From positions 10,820,451-10,884,450 of the forward strand of contig NC_134035.1 in assembly GCF_964204645.1 (NCBI RefSeq): DNA of 64,000 nucleotides. The letters are read 5' to 3'. Each line of letters opens with the position of its first letter. Position 1 is the first letter of the stretch. The position numbers and the translations under genes are program-made. The notes beneath the pieces are model-generated. The model had not been told where the DNA came from. It did not search any database and worked only from the letters and a program-made list of their open reading frames with translations. This DNA comes from Tubulanus polymorphus. Lineage: Eukaryota; Animalia; Nemertea. Positions 39,357-52,226 of this stretch are shown one piece after another.

Positions 39357-41115
39357 CAGCTTATTACTATATGGTAGCTTAAGGTAAGACTATATGAAGT
39401 TATAAAACCAGTGAACCGGAAAGCTAGCATCGCTAGCGCCATGGGATAACGTTATGCTTACGCTCACGTGGTTGCGTGTTCGAGTCCTGATTTTTAGTTA
39501 CTTTTCAAGAGCTTTCTAAGTCCAGGCAGTCAATGCGCATGTGCGACGAGTCGGTTATAGGATCTAACATCTACCATTTATTCTTCCCTCTTAACATTTC
39601 CCTAGGAACAAAAACTAGGGACATAGTTGCAAATTCCACATTTAAAGAAAGCCAGAGTAGTGAATTTACGGACAGAGAGGATGCAATAGAGGAAAGCTCG
39701 ACTAATGGCGACATTTTGCTGGAAAGTACTCTCGAGATATCTGCTGTTGATGCGCACTCTGGTGTAGATTTGTCTGATATTGATGATAATGATGTCCTCC
39801 TGTGAAGTGATCTAAATTCGGTTTCCTTCATGTTTCCTTATGTTCAATATCACCCGTTAAGTCTCATTGTCAATGTTCTTGTCATCCTGATTTGATTACC
39901 ATGAAAGAGAAAATCGATGAATTATCCGACAAAATTCGACTGAAGAATGAAGAAATTCAAAATTTTGAAGCGAAACTTGAGCAAATTTATTCACAAGATT
40001 TATTAAAAATTGACACAGATTCATCAAACTTAGAAACATTTGAAGCTACTCCCCTTGTTTCTAGTTTTCGCAGTAAAAGCAGTGGTTACACCAAATTAGA
40101 ACATCCAACAATTAATTCTAGGTAGTTCAGCCTCAAAGAAAACTCTTGACTCGAGAGCAAGAAAATTGAAACTTGTTTTGGATAAATTATCCTCTATTTC
40201 ATCGTCAGGCAATGATATGGCTGTAACAGCAGGGCTTGAAAGCAAGCATGGGAGTATGAACCAAGATGCCAGAATCTATTCCTGTTAGTGTTAGCGGAAC
40301 AAAGGAGTCCGCACAAAATTAATGTTTTTGAATCAAGGTCTCTACTCAACAAAATCACCCGGAAATGTAACTGTGGAGGATTCTTCAAGAAAATGTCACC
40401 ATCCGAGTAAAACACGAACTTGCCAGAAATGTAGCAGTGTCAGTGATCGGTGATTTTATCAGCGGCAGTTTTCAATAAAACGAATTGAATTTGGATTGAA
40501 TCGCTTTCCGGCGACAAGCCGTCGTTTCATTCTTCCATTTGAAAGCATGATGAAGTTTATATATCGTATTTTAGCAAAATACAATTGAATATTCATCACA
40601 CGACTAGTAAAATATAGCTTACAAACTTATTTAGTATGAATCGGAAATCCTCCATTGACAAACGCCGATGACTACGCTGCGAATTTTTTTTCACACCAGG
40701 TCCGCCATTTTGTTTCTACGTGACATGCTATCACGTGATCTCAACATGTAAACACAATAACCACCGGTATACATAAAACACGTGTTCCTTATAAAACAGG
40801 AATAAGTTGAATAACGCACTAAGTAACAAAACGAAAATTGGAGTCTAGAATATAATCCTTAATTATTATGTTAATAAAATTGCGGAATTATGTGCTCAAT
40901 TTTATTAATTATAATTCATGCGGATGTAGACACCGCGCCGGTTGAAGACGCTGTCCTTAATTATGCCAGATCCAAAAAAGCCCCAAGTCTAGACTTTTCG
41001 TGTCCTCCTTGTAAATTGAAAATTATATGGGGGAATATCCTCTTAGCCTCTGCAGGGAATGAAGTCTACGTCCTTGAGCTCCTTCTGAAGGGCCAAAAAT
41101 AAATACAGGCCTATC

Positions 41116-41388
41116 CATAGGCGTCGCCAGGATTTTTTTAGGGGGTTCGAATATCGCCAATTGACGAACCTTTGACTAGGACCGAAGTCCCCTACGACGG
41201 GTTTGGGGGTTCTTTCCCTAGAAAATTTTGAAAATTAGGAGCGATTTAAAGCGTTTTCCCGCCACCTTGACTGATTACCTTGTGGAAAAAACACGAGTTT
41301 TTATATGGTAAAAAAATGAAGAAACCTAGCCAAAAAAGGGGTTTCGTTCGCACCTCCGAACCCCCCCCCCCTCCTGGCGACGCCTATG
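41116..41388. mobile_element. Short TIR element (hAT-like MITE)
   Basis: Perfect 17-bp TIR CATAGGCGTCGCCAGGA / TCCTGGCGACGCCTATG; no clean TSD seen. Confidence 0.72.
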
Positions 41389-42547
41389 TTCTCTGCTGCC
41401 ACCACACTTCAGCACCACTCCACAAAATACGTTGACCACGTGCATTAAAATCATCAAAGAGAGGAATAGGAGGATTTATGCGATGGCCAATGCAGCTGCA
41501 GGCATTTATAATCAAAAATAACAACATATTTATCACAAATCAAACATTTATTTGCTAAACAAACAAGCCCAATCCTGGGCTACCACACAATTTGTCAAAG
41601 AAAATACATATTAATGAAAATGTAATACAAAATTAATTATTTATTTACAAATACTGGTAGGGATCAGCAGTATGACAGCCTCAGATTGTCATGAAGAGAG
41701 ACAAATTATTATATTGAAATCTTTACATAATATACTAATACATAAGAAACTATTTTATATATTTTGATATTACAGCAGTTATGAATTCTTGAATTTTTAC
41801 ATTGTCACCACGCCTACGAAATGAAGTTATTTTTCTTGTGGGGTCTCAACAACTAAATCAGGGTGGCGTAGACATGGTCACAATGTTCAAATCCAAGAAA
41901 TTTCACATAATGGAGGATTTCTCTCCTATTCAACTGAATTAAAGGAGACTTTTTAGCAATCCTTCTAACAGGTCTCATCAATTAATAAATATACATGAAC
42001 TATTATAAGTTGAATTGAATTGAACTTATGACAATATGTGTGTTAACATAAATAGGCCTACATCTTTCTTTGCGCCTAATTATTCATGAGGTTGATTATT
42101 CTTACATAAATTTGCAGCATTTTTGGTTACCCTTCTCTACTACGTACGACTACGTACGACTCTTACTCTTATTAGGCCATTTAGACCGGAGAGCATTCGA
42201 GATTAATCGTCACATTTGCACGACTGCTCTGTTGAACTGAATCATCATTCATGAACATGTAGACCGGAAATAAATCGGAGTTACGCATGCGCAACAAAGC
42301 ACCGACCTGGTTTGAAAAAAAAATCGCGTCTAGACACCGCTGGCTGATTATGCTTCAGTTGCGCGTTCGCATACTAAGTAAGGTCAAGGTTGCTTCAAGT
42401 TTCCGCGCTGTATAGCTAGGCTAACACGGCCGAAATTGAATTGAATGGCTAATACGATGATCGTAGGCGGCCGAATATGATGTTAATTGATGATTTTAAT
42501 CAATTGATCTCAATTTCGAGTTTGAATCAATTTTTTTCATGTTTAAA

Positions 42548-42549
<2 letters not shown>

Positions 42550-42634
<85 letters not shown>
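42550..42634. repeat. (AT)n microsatellite
   Basis: Direct reading. Confidence 0.97.
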
Positions 42635-42639
<5 letters not shown>

Positions 42640-43526
42640 CGCGTGATCATTACAAGTAAGTATAAATCCTTCGTATAGGCCTAGTGTATCATTAAAGGAT
42701 TCGACTGTACGGAAGTAGTGAACTTACTTGCTAGTGAAATCCGGCCGAAGTTAGAGTGAATTAACCTATGTCGCAGCTGTCGCACTGGAAATCGATGATG
42801 GTGCACATGCGCAGTGAGCCGACAATCGATTCGCCACCAGCGCTGAAGCGAATGTTGGCTAGACATATGTCGATAAACAACTAACACAAAAAGGATAGAT
42901 TTTAGGTACGTAAAATGAAGGAGATATGTAAAACGATGGATTATTTACGTAATTATGGATAAAAAAATTGTCACAGTGGGAGCATTATGTTACAGGCCTG
43001 AGCTGGGTTCCATAGATGTGGAAGCAAGATAGTCCCTGAGAACATTTTGAAATTTGTCAGTTATAACCATTAGGGAAGTTTCCAGTTACCAGGCGCCATT
43101 TTGAGGCGGTCCCAAAGGTCTGTATTGAGATACAATGTAGAATTTTTCGTTGAAGATAGATTTTTATCTGAGGATTTTTTTTGATACTGCATTCGTGAAT
43201 ATATCTTCATAGAAACGCGCGTGGCCACCTGTTGAGTTAAGTGCGCGCGAGTGGTTGACCGTCGATTTTCTGCCAACTGATTGTACTGTACCCCAGTCAT
43301 CTCTCATCACAGAATTATTGTACTCAATCCCCTCAACTACCCTTACAGACTGATCGTTCTGTGCCCTCAGTTATCTCCCCTTATAGAATGATTGTACTCT
43401 GTTCTCAGTTGTCTCCCCTAACGGACTGATTGGTATAACCTTCAGTCATCTCCACTTCACGGACTATTCACTGAATATTTTACCCTCAGTTTTATCCTTC
43501 CTTTGCAGACTTATCGTAGCATCAGT

Positions 43527-43595
43527 CATAACATAACATAACATAACATAACATAACATAACATAACATAACATAACATAACATAACATAACATA
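43527..43595. repeat. (CATAA)n microsatellite
   Basis: Direct reading. Confidence 0.95.
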
Positions 43596-45200
43596 GTGCC
43601 TTTTAACTATAGCGCGCACCCGATTGGGTAGATAGTATTTCGCTCTTAGCGCAAATTAGTTTCTCACTTTTCCCCGCTATAAGCGAGGCTTTGGTCGACC
43701 AGAATGACCAGCGCTGGCTAGAAATTTCTCGCTTCAGCCACCAGCGGTGATTTTCGGTTATCAAGCGACCTCGCGATATGTGGGGGTCATGTGGAGAACG
43801 CGGAAGCTAGTCTTTTGTTTAATACACGCCGTCGTACACGCGAACGCGAAACGTGCTCATCGAATCGAACGCTTTGCTTTGTGCAAAAATTTGAATAGCT
43901 TTTATAAAGTAAGTTATGGTCTAGCTAAGCCTAAGTCTACTATCATAACAATTGAATTAACGTCACGAGGATGGACATCCGATGTCGAGCACGACCACGA
44001 CTCCCACGAGAGGATTTCCAAAAAAAAATTCCACAGGCAGAAAATAGAAATTTCTTGTGAATTTGCTGATTAGGCCTATTAGTAGTATATATATGAAGTG
44101 GATATTTTGCCAATGCGCCATTATTCGAGGTTAGTGCTATACATAGGCCCTATGTTGAAATGTTTGGTGGAATTTCAGCGAGCTCAGTGGTCTAGTGGGA
44201 AGATGCTGCGCTAGTAATAGGCCTATGCTGGCGCGGGTTGAAGTCTCCCTCTATTTTCTCTAACTCTGTTCTCCAAACTTTCCTTGAATTTTCCAAGTCG
44301 CGCACCTCAGTGCACATGCGCGGCGTATATATTATTGATTAAACTTCATTGCCTGGTGTTGGAAGCCCTGAAGCGACATTACAATTTACAAGTAACATTT
44401 TACAAATTATGTTTTTTTAAGCCCCGAAGCGATATAACGAGTTATGTTTTGGACGTTTTACGATTTACCTCTACATTTCAGTTAATTTTATCGCAAGAGG
44501 TAGTGGTCCAAAACAAGTGAGATACGCGCACAGTGTGAATAAACTAATATACTTTTTTCGAATAGCTTTGTTTATGGGATCCGCCGCTGAAATATCTCAT
44601 TATAGTCAAATTGTTTTTATATTCCAATCCATTGGAACGGATTCGTTGAAAAAATTAGTAAAAAAATTTCTTCAACCTAACCTAAAAACTGGCTGATCAG
44701 AATCAAGATGGCTGATTGGCGGCTATTTTATGTCAAAATTCTTCAATTTTTTTCATAATTCCTAATGACGCTTCAAGGCTGATGTGCTTAGATTTTTAAA
44801 TCTTCAGTAGGCCCTATGCTATCTGTGTGCCCATCAGTAAGATTAATACCATAGTCACAATGAGAACTGTTAATTGTCACTATGTCAACTAACCACTTGT
44901 TAACTCTAACCAACTTTCGAGCAACTTCAGATTCGAGCAGTTGGACCCAGATGTTTAAATCTGGGACTAGTATGAAATTAGCTAACCTGCTGTTTGTCAA
45001 TAAAAGTAGGCTGTGGCAAGTGAGGAGAGGGAGATGCTCCATTTAGGCTTGAATGTAGACCTAGTACCCTAAGACTCGGATTTGCTATTTCATTTGGCCT
45101 ACTAAAAGTACAACTTATTGTTACCTTCTAAACTTAACGACATGATTGAGCTACTGAAAAAATCTACTCCTTTTTATTAATTTTACCAATTTTTTTTCAG

Positions 45201-47143
45201 ATGGGAAAGATCAGACCGAGACTTAGGACCAGTCATTTTGGAAAGGTGTCTAGTACAAATCCCAGGAGACCAGCTTCTAAACGATCATCACCTGTCCAAA
45301 AGAACTCATTTGTGGATTATCTTCCAGATCAGATAGATAATATTGAAACTTCATCTGCCAGTTGTAGTAAATATGGATCAAACAAGGAGATACTATTGGA
45401 AAATTGGACAGCTATTATGCCTTCTCTCTTAGAGGCTGCAGTAAAGCGACATGAAATTGTCTCAGGCATGTGTGTGAAATGTAAAATTCAAGATGCTGCG
45501 ATAATATGTGAGGAATGTGGGCCAGCAATGGACTTCTGCAGAGATTGTTGTACTGATATACACAGTGCGAAATTACTACATATGCCGAGAATTTGGCTGG
45601 TAGGTTTTGTTGTGATGGCAAATCATAGTGGCCCTAGCCTGATGACATTTTAAACCCAAAAATTTTAAAAACCTTTTTCAGGAGGAAAAATATCAATATG
45701 AAATTTACAAAATTGAGCATACTATTTGGAGTAATGGGCATCATAGAAATTGTCAAAAAAAAGCGCAAAGAATGTAATTGCCATAGACCAGCTTGGTAAG
45801 TATCGTTTGAAATTAAGACAGGGCTTGAATGTTTTTGGTGGGGGGGGGGGCAGAGATACCCGCAATAGAGCAATTTTATAGGATATAAAGATACTACTTG
45901 CGGATAGCTTTTCCGAAATGTCTGAGGGGGAACTACCCCCTGCCCTCCGCTAAATACGGCCCTAGCTAAAAAGTTTTGGTTGTGGCCGTATTTATTGATT
46001 CACCATTTCAAGTATTGGTTAGCTCAGAGAATGTATTTTTTCAAATTCTTAATTTTAGGACGTCAACATCATATTCTGTTGGAGTATTGTGAATGTGAAA
46101 GCTTTGTTGTAACCATAATCAGAATGAACTTCTGGCCTGGTACACCAACCAATCCAACTGGTACTTTGATAGAGTCATTTGATGCCTTATTTGGTTTAGT
46201 AAGGAAAAAATCGGCTGGAATAAGTAGGCGATCTCCTAAGTATAATGACTATTTCTTTTTGGAACAACAGAGTATAGATGCATTTCTGGATGATTATGAT
46301 GACAAGAAAAATAAAGATGACAAGGAGGTAATTGATATGAAAAAACGGTAAAATTTATTTAAATATTTGGATCTATAATTCTTTTTCTATTTTAGGAATG
46401 CAGCTCATTTCAAGCTGCTGATGCTCTACGTTCAAAAAAGCGCCATTCTAAACTTGACGAAACCGGTATATTTGGTCGGTCCTGTCGTCATGAATTTCCC
46501 AAAAAATCTGTGAGCCTTCGTCAAGGGGAAAGGTACTAAAAATGGACGAATGATTTATAAATCCAAAATTTCAAGTTTGACTCATTTTACATTTTATCAT
46601 GATGTTAATATCTTCTAGAATCGGTAATGCAGTGTTTTTGATCCAGAATTTGGTTAACTCGGTGGAAACATCAATTCCTATTTGTGTTATGTATGATATA
46701 GCCTGTGTACTTATCAAATATCTAAAGGTTAGTAATATTTGATTTTTGGATTATAATCTGGACTGTAAAAGAATGAATAATATTATATTTTAAACCATGT
46801 ACTTTATAGAAAAGAGGCTCAGAAACACTTCTGAATAGGTTAACTTTTGCTGTGCCGGCAATGCATATATATGGACACAAGGCCAATTGTCAGGTAAGTG
46901 TTGTATATAAATCAGTTGAAATCAATTTGATCACAAAAAAATATATCTCTATAGATTTGATATGTTTTTCAGGTTATGTACAGCCCACGTAGAACTGTAG
47001 GTGTAGGTCTAAGTGATGGGGAAGTAATGGAGAGATTGTGGTCTTATTTACGACCTTTCTCTTCCATCACTAAAGAGATGACACCAGCCCATCGAATGGA
47101 TGCAATTACTGATGCATTGCTTCATTTTACTGATCTTAAGTGA
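45201..47143 (+). mobile_element. Degenerate intron-containing KDZ (Kyakuja-Dileera-Zisupton) transposase gene
   Basis: Exons 45201-45599 (CxxC/B-box-like Cys cluster), 45682-45795 (frameshifted in an A-run), 46059-46327, 46396-46532 (LDETGIFGRSCRHEFP..GE), 46619-46727 (MYDIAC), 46810-46893 (PAMHIYGHKANCQ), 46973-47143 (GVGLSDGEVMERLWSYL). These are the hallmark KDZ motifs. Probable internal deletion after WPGTPTNP; C-terminally truncated. Confidence 0.85.
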
Positions 47144-47297
47144 TATTTGTAGTAAAAAATTTACTGATGCTAGTAATCTTAAAGTTCATGAAAAACGACA
47201 TTCATTGAGAGGTCTTTATGCCTGTAATGTATGTGGATTACGATTCACTTCACGTGCTAATATGGTTGATCACAAAAAGCGCCATCAGTCTGAATAG
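47100..47297 (+). pseudogene. C2H2 zinc-finger fragment (two fingers) abutting the KDZ truncation point
   Basis: DICSKKFTDASNLKVHEKRH (first Cys missing) and YACNVCGLRFTSRANMVDHKKRH, in a different frame from the transposase. Confidence 0.6.
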
Positions 47298-48278
47298 GCC
47301 ATAATTTCTGATAGATGTGCCCTGCCATATTGTCAGAAATTTGGTATTTACTTTAAAGATATATTACAGCATACAAAAAAAGCCCATCAATTATCTACTT
47401 TGTGTGCTTACAACGAGGCAGTAAAAGAGAGTTTGTCCTCGAAGTTTGGAAATGTCGACCGACCTTGTAAATGTTTATATCATGATATCTGGATCTATAA
47501 ATGGGTTGGTCCAACTCACAACTGCTACCTTTGTGAATGTACAATGAAATTTAGTCGAGTATTTGATTATGGAAAAAATTTGTATGTATGGACCCGTACA
47601 TGTAGTTACTGTGTTCATCGGTTTTGATCCGACTTTTTCATTCAATTCTATTATGGTATATTTGATAGTGATTCGTTTGTTGTTTTACTAATGTGAATCA
47701 ACTTTTGTTTTGTGAACACAATAAATGCTTATTATTTTAAAGCCATAATCTTCTATAATGTTATGGTTTCATACTGCATGTTTGGAAAGAACCTAACCTT
47801 AATACATGTACAAATTAGAAATATCCTCTTTGATTAAATAAACATCTTAATATACATGTACAATGCAAAAGAGTTTTATTTTCTAGAAATATAACAAAAC
47901 TATTACTTGAGAGTAAATACAGTACACATAGGACGGATACACTTAACTTGGATATATCGGTTGGGAATCAGATAGTACAAAGTAGGATTAAGTAAGTAAG
48001 GATTTCCCGAACTCGGAAACAACGATTCATCAGATATAACAAACTATCGGTTATAACGAACATATTTTCTTGTCCCGTGAAGTTCGCTGTAACGAGGTTT
48101 TGAAGAGAAGGTATCAAGCTCATTAACATCACTACCGGTATCCATACCCACTATTGGTTTAGGCAAGTATTTCATCCCTCTATCTCAGTTGCATTTGTGT
48201 GCCAAAATCATTATGATATTCATCAGATTTTTATTTCAATCTTACAGCACAGCATATTGGTATTAGATCAAGTTACTC

Positions 48279-49457
48279 ATGCTTACCCGTCTCAAAATAA
48301 TTGGATTAGCCGGTTTCATCATCGCAATAATATTGGTGTCGTATCATCTCGTTTCGATACGACATTACATGAATGTACCTGATAGATTCACTGATGCCGA
48401 TGCAAATTCATTGAAACAGATTATGACGAACAGACCGAAATCATCATCGCATCGTTACGGCGTCGTTAATGATTCAATATCACAAGACAACATGAAGGTA
48501 CCTGTTGTTTACAAGGATATCGTTGCTATTTTATTGGAACAGTTTCGCTTTACGGATAGTAAATGCGGTCCGGTGCCAAAAATAATACACCAGACGTGGA
48601 AAACTGAAAATATCCCGATCTCATTCAAAAAATATATAACGTCTTGGGTTAAACTTCACCCCGATTGGGAATATTGGTTGTGGACCGATAGCATCGCCGA
48701 CGAGTTCGTTAAACGCAGATTTCCAGCGTATTATCCGATGTACAAAAATTATGGACAGGGAATTCACAGAGCCGACGCGATTCGGTATTTTATACTCTAT
48801 ACGTTCGGTGGACTGTACGCTGATTTAGATATGGAAGCCTTCCGACCATTCGATCATTTGCTGAACACCCACACGGCGATGATACCCGAAGATCATATCG
48901 TTCATAGCGTCGTTAATTGGGGTCGACCGCGACCATCGACTTTAAACGCGTTAATGACGTCAACGCCAAAACATAAATATCTACGGAAAATAATCGAATT
49001 TCTGCCCAGGGCGAATAAGGCAACAGGTAAAGGTGATGTTGTTCGTAAAACCGGTCCATTCATGACTGATGCGGTTTTAGTTGCGTATGAGAAATCTGTG
49101 GGCAGTGAGAGTAACAGAACCGTGTCGTTATGCGATGCGGTCTATTTTGCGTCTTACAGTCGATTCATTCCTGAATTTGATCCTAACGTTATGAAAAGCA
49201 TAAAAAACGGATGTAAAAACCCCGGACCCCCTTCAACACCTCGAGGTAAAACTTGCGAAATGCTGAAACGCGATAATTACACAAATAAGCCACGCGGACC
49301 GGAAGTGATGTCGAATCACGTATTTCATCACACGTATTACGATAAACCCGAATACAAGTTAGTGTTTTCCGTTCGCGAAATCGTGAAAAAACCGTTCGAC
49401 ATCAAAACATTAATAGCAAATATGAAACCTGATAGAGACTTCGAGAAATTAGTTTGA
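48279..49457 (+). CDS. GT32-family (DxD) type II membrane glycosyltransferase, copy 2
   Basis: 392-aa ORF nearly identical to 35089-36249, with a 6-aa stem insertion and clustered substitutions. DNA homology extends 34911-~36381 vs 48101-~49602. Confidence 0.92.
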   Translation: MLTRLKIIGLAGFIIAIILVSYHLVSIRHYMNVPDRFTDADANSLKQIMTNRPKSSSHRYGVVNDSISQDNMKVPVVYKDIVAILLEQFRFTDSKCGPVPKIIHQTWKTENIPISFKKYITSWVKLHPDWEYWLWTDSIADEFVKRRFPAYYPMYKNYGQGIHRADAIRYFILYTFGGLYADLDMEAFRPFDHLLNTHTAMIPEDHIVHSVVNWGRPRPSTLNALMTSTPKHKYLRKIIEFLPRANKATGKGDVVRKTGPFMTDAVLVAYEKSVGSESNRTVSLCDAVYFASYSRFIPEFDPNVMKSIKNGCKNPGPPSTPRGKTCEMLKRDNYTNKPRGPEVMSNHVFHHTYYDKPEYKLVFSVREIVKKPFDIKTLIANMKPDRDFEKLV

Positions 49458-49739
49458 ATATAATTTTTAGATAGGCAAGTTTTACATGCACCGTCTCATC
49501 CCGGTTTCAAGTATAATTCATATTCTTTTGCAATATACCGGATTTTCTACCATAAAAGAAAGAATGTTCGTCCAAAGATTTTATTGAAATCCAAGTGAAC
49601 TTTTGTCAGATGATGTGAAAGTAAACTTTCTACGAGAATGTCTTCATTTGTTTACATTTTCTAGACAACACGTAAAAATGATTTTATTCGAAAAAAGAAA
49701 ATATCGTCCAAATTTAAAGTCATAAATCAAAAATCGTAA

Positions 49740-50870
49740 ATCCTTTTTATGTACCATTACAACTGGAATACCCCAAGACTCAATTCTAGGTAATTTGCTG
49801 TTTTTGTTATATGAAAATGCTTGTATTAAATTTTCTAATGTGTTAAAACCTATCTCGTTTGCTGATGACACGAATGCTTTTTATAGTGATAGCAATTTAG
49901 ACAGATAAGTACTTACTATAAATATTGAATTATCAAAATTGTCTGTCAGGTTTCAAACAAACAAGTTGTCATTAAGGTACGCGGTAATAATGCCAGTGGT
50001 AAAAATGCCAGAGGTAAAATGCCGGAGGAAATAATGCCAGAAGGTGTATTGATTCAATGATTGTAAGAAACAAGTGTTTCAAAACTTAAAAACTATTCAT
50101 CGAATTTTTTGCTTTGATGTAATGATTTACAAACAACTTACCCGTCGAAAACCTTTTGTTTTTAATTATCATACCTATTATTATATCTAGAAATATGCTT
50201 TATCTGAACTGTGCATCCAATATGTAAACTCTGTACATTCATTTTTTAATATTCATTAATCTAGAAATGTGTTATATATCATGACTATGTTCGCTTTTTG
50301 ATTTCGATTAGATAAGAATATGAGCAATAATTTTTCTAAAAAATATTGAGATTTTCCAAAATCTCAAAATAAGAATATCAATGATTTCATTGAATTTCTT
50401 GCTTTGTTTTATAGACTTGTGATTCTCTTTATTTTATAAATCATTCATTTTCTAATTTGTATTATCATAGGAATATGTTATGTATATCTAAACTTCATTA
50501 CGTAAAATCTAGTATAGGTTTATAGATCTAGTATAGCATTTTTACCTCCGGCATTTTTACATGTGGTGTGATTTTGGCATTTTTACTTCCGGCATTATTG
50601 CCTATGGTACTTTTACCTCTGGCATTATCACCTGGATTCTGTCATTAAATGTTAAGAAGATATCATTTATGGTCTTCAGTAAATTCTTTAAAACTCAACT
50701 TGAGAATATCTATTGATAACAAAGAGATTGAACGAATCAATGTCACAATTTTTCTTAAAGTTCAAATTGATGGTAATCTAACCTGGGATTATCAGATAAA
50801 ATCAGTCGAAAAAAGGTTTCTCGAAACATTGTGTAATAAATAGAGTCAAATATAAGCTTAATCCATTGAG
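49740..50870 (+). mobile_element. CR1/L2-type LINE reverse transcriptase fragment, interrupted by 49976-50639
   Basis: GIPQDSILG.LLFLLY, FADDTN, NKLSLNVKK (rejoined across the insertion), IDNKEIERINVTIFL..IDGNLTW. Confidence 0.8.
49976..50639. mobile_element. Mutator-like non-autonomous element with subterminal repeats and 9-bp TSD, inserted in a LINE fragment
   Basis: TSD TGTCATTAA at 49967-75 and 50640-48. Termini are built of GGTAAAA(A)TGCC units at the left and their complements at the right. Confidence 0.85.
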
Positions 50871-51983
50871 CTCATATCTATGGTGGCTGATAAGGGCCAT
50901 AGTGTAAAATTCCTGGTATGTAAATGAGGGCGCCAGAACGCCAGAACGCCAAAACGAAAAAAAACGTCCAATTTTCGAAAGAACATTTCATTTTGGTGCC
51001 TCCGCCAATACGAACTTTCGTTTTGGCGCCCCGCCAAAACAACGAAAAACGTCCAATTTTCTCTGAAAGTGCGTTTTGGCGTGCCAAAACAAAGAATATT
51101 TCGTTTTCTTTTTCTTCACTTTTTTCTTTTTGAGGGACCTGTTTTATTTATGCTAGCTACTTCTTAGTTTCTATAACCCCCACCGAGTCTAATTTACTGT
51201 ATTTTGTATTCTACATTGTGTGAAATATGCTGTAAATTACATTTGTAAATAAAGCACTCTCATTAATTCATTCAACTGTTGTGACCGATGCTTTTTTTAA
51301 TGTAGATTATAATAGTGAATAGTTACAATAGTTGTTTTGTAATTGCAATAAGATCATGTCTATTTTGCCTCGTATGCTTCTATGCAAATGACATGTTTGG
51401 TAAAATTTGAATTACAACTCTGAATACATGAATCCGCAAAGATGTAATATAAACATATTCAGATACTTCCTCCTGGTGTGGTGAAATTTTCACTCATCTT
51501 GATGTTAGCCAGACTTCCAGGTAAAAACTATTACTAAAGATATACGAATTTCTCACGGTAAGATATCATTTGTATTTGATAAATTTGTTTGCCAAATGAA
51601 TAACAATATTAACTTATATCATTATCTTAATTCATATAAGCGGATAACGAAGATCCCCGGTCTACTTTCAATAAACGAAAGATTTCGTAGGATTTTTATC
51701 GGATTTTTTTCTTTCTATTTTAGCATAGCATTGATTACTTGAATCACGATAACCTGTATCAAGACCATTGGATTAACCTGTTTCATCCTAACTTCAATTG
51801 TTCTGGTGTTTGATAAGACAAAAACCCACTATGTTTCTTTTAATTTGTACGTAGTGGGTTTCTACCTTATTATCCGTTCACCACGTTTGAGTGTGGTTAT
51901 CGTACTTTTTGGTGTTTATTGAGAATAAATTATGAGGAACCTGCAGCAGTGCGCTGCGGTGGCCTACAAAATATTATGGCCAT

Positions 51984-52226
51984 GTAGAGATAATCCCACA
52001 ATTATAACGAAAAAGTCCGAAAATGTAACTTCGAGATAGTAGTTTATTTCAACGTTTCGACTATAACCTAATAGTCATCTTCAGGAATAATGAGATGACT
52101 ATTAGGATATAGTCGAAACGTTGAAATAAACTACTATCTCGAAGTTACATTTTCGGACTTTTTCGTTATAATTGTGGGATTCTCTCTACATCGCATCAAC
52201 ACGGATATAGTGTTCTATCAATCGTG
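51984..52226. mobile_element. Young palindromic Penelope-type short element with intact hammerhead core and 11-bp TSD
   Basis: Near-perfect ~100-bp arms (51982-52191) plus a ~35-nt tail; TSD ATTATGGCCAT at 51973-83 and 52227-37. Confidence 0.85.
52051..52084 (-). ncRNA. Minimal type I hammerhead ribozyme core
   Basis: Minus strand reads CUGAAGA-U-GACUAU-uagguu-AUAGUC-GAAACGUU: conserved CUGANGA and GAAA boxes, 6-bp stem II, palindromic ACGU in place of stem III, as in PLE minimal hammerheads. Confidence 0.7.

Noticed and set aside
42477-42659. IYIYIY ORF
   Set aside because: (AT)n microsatellite.
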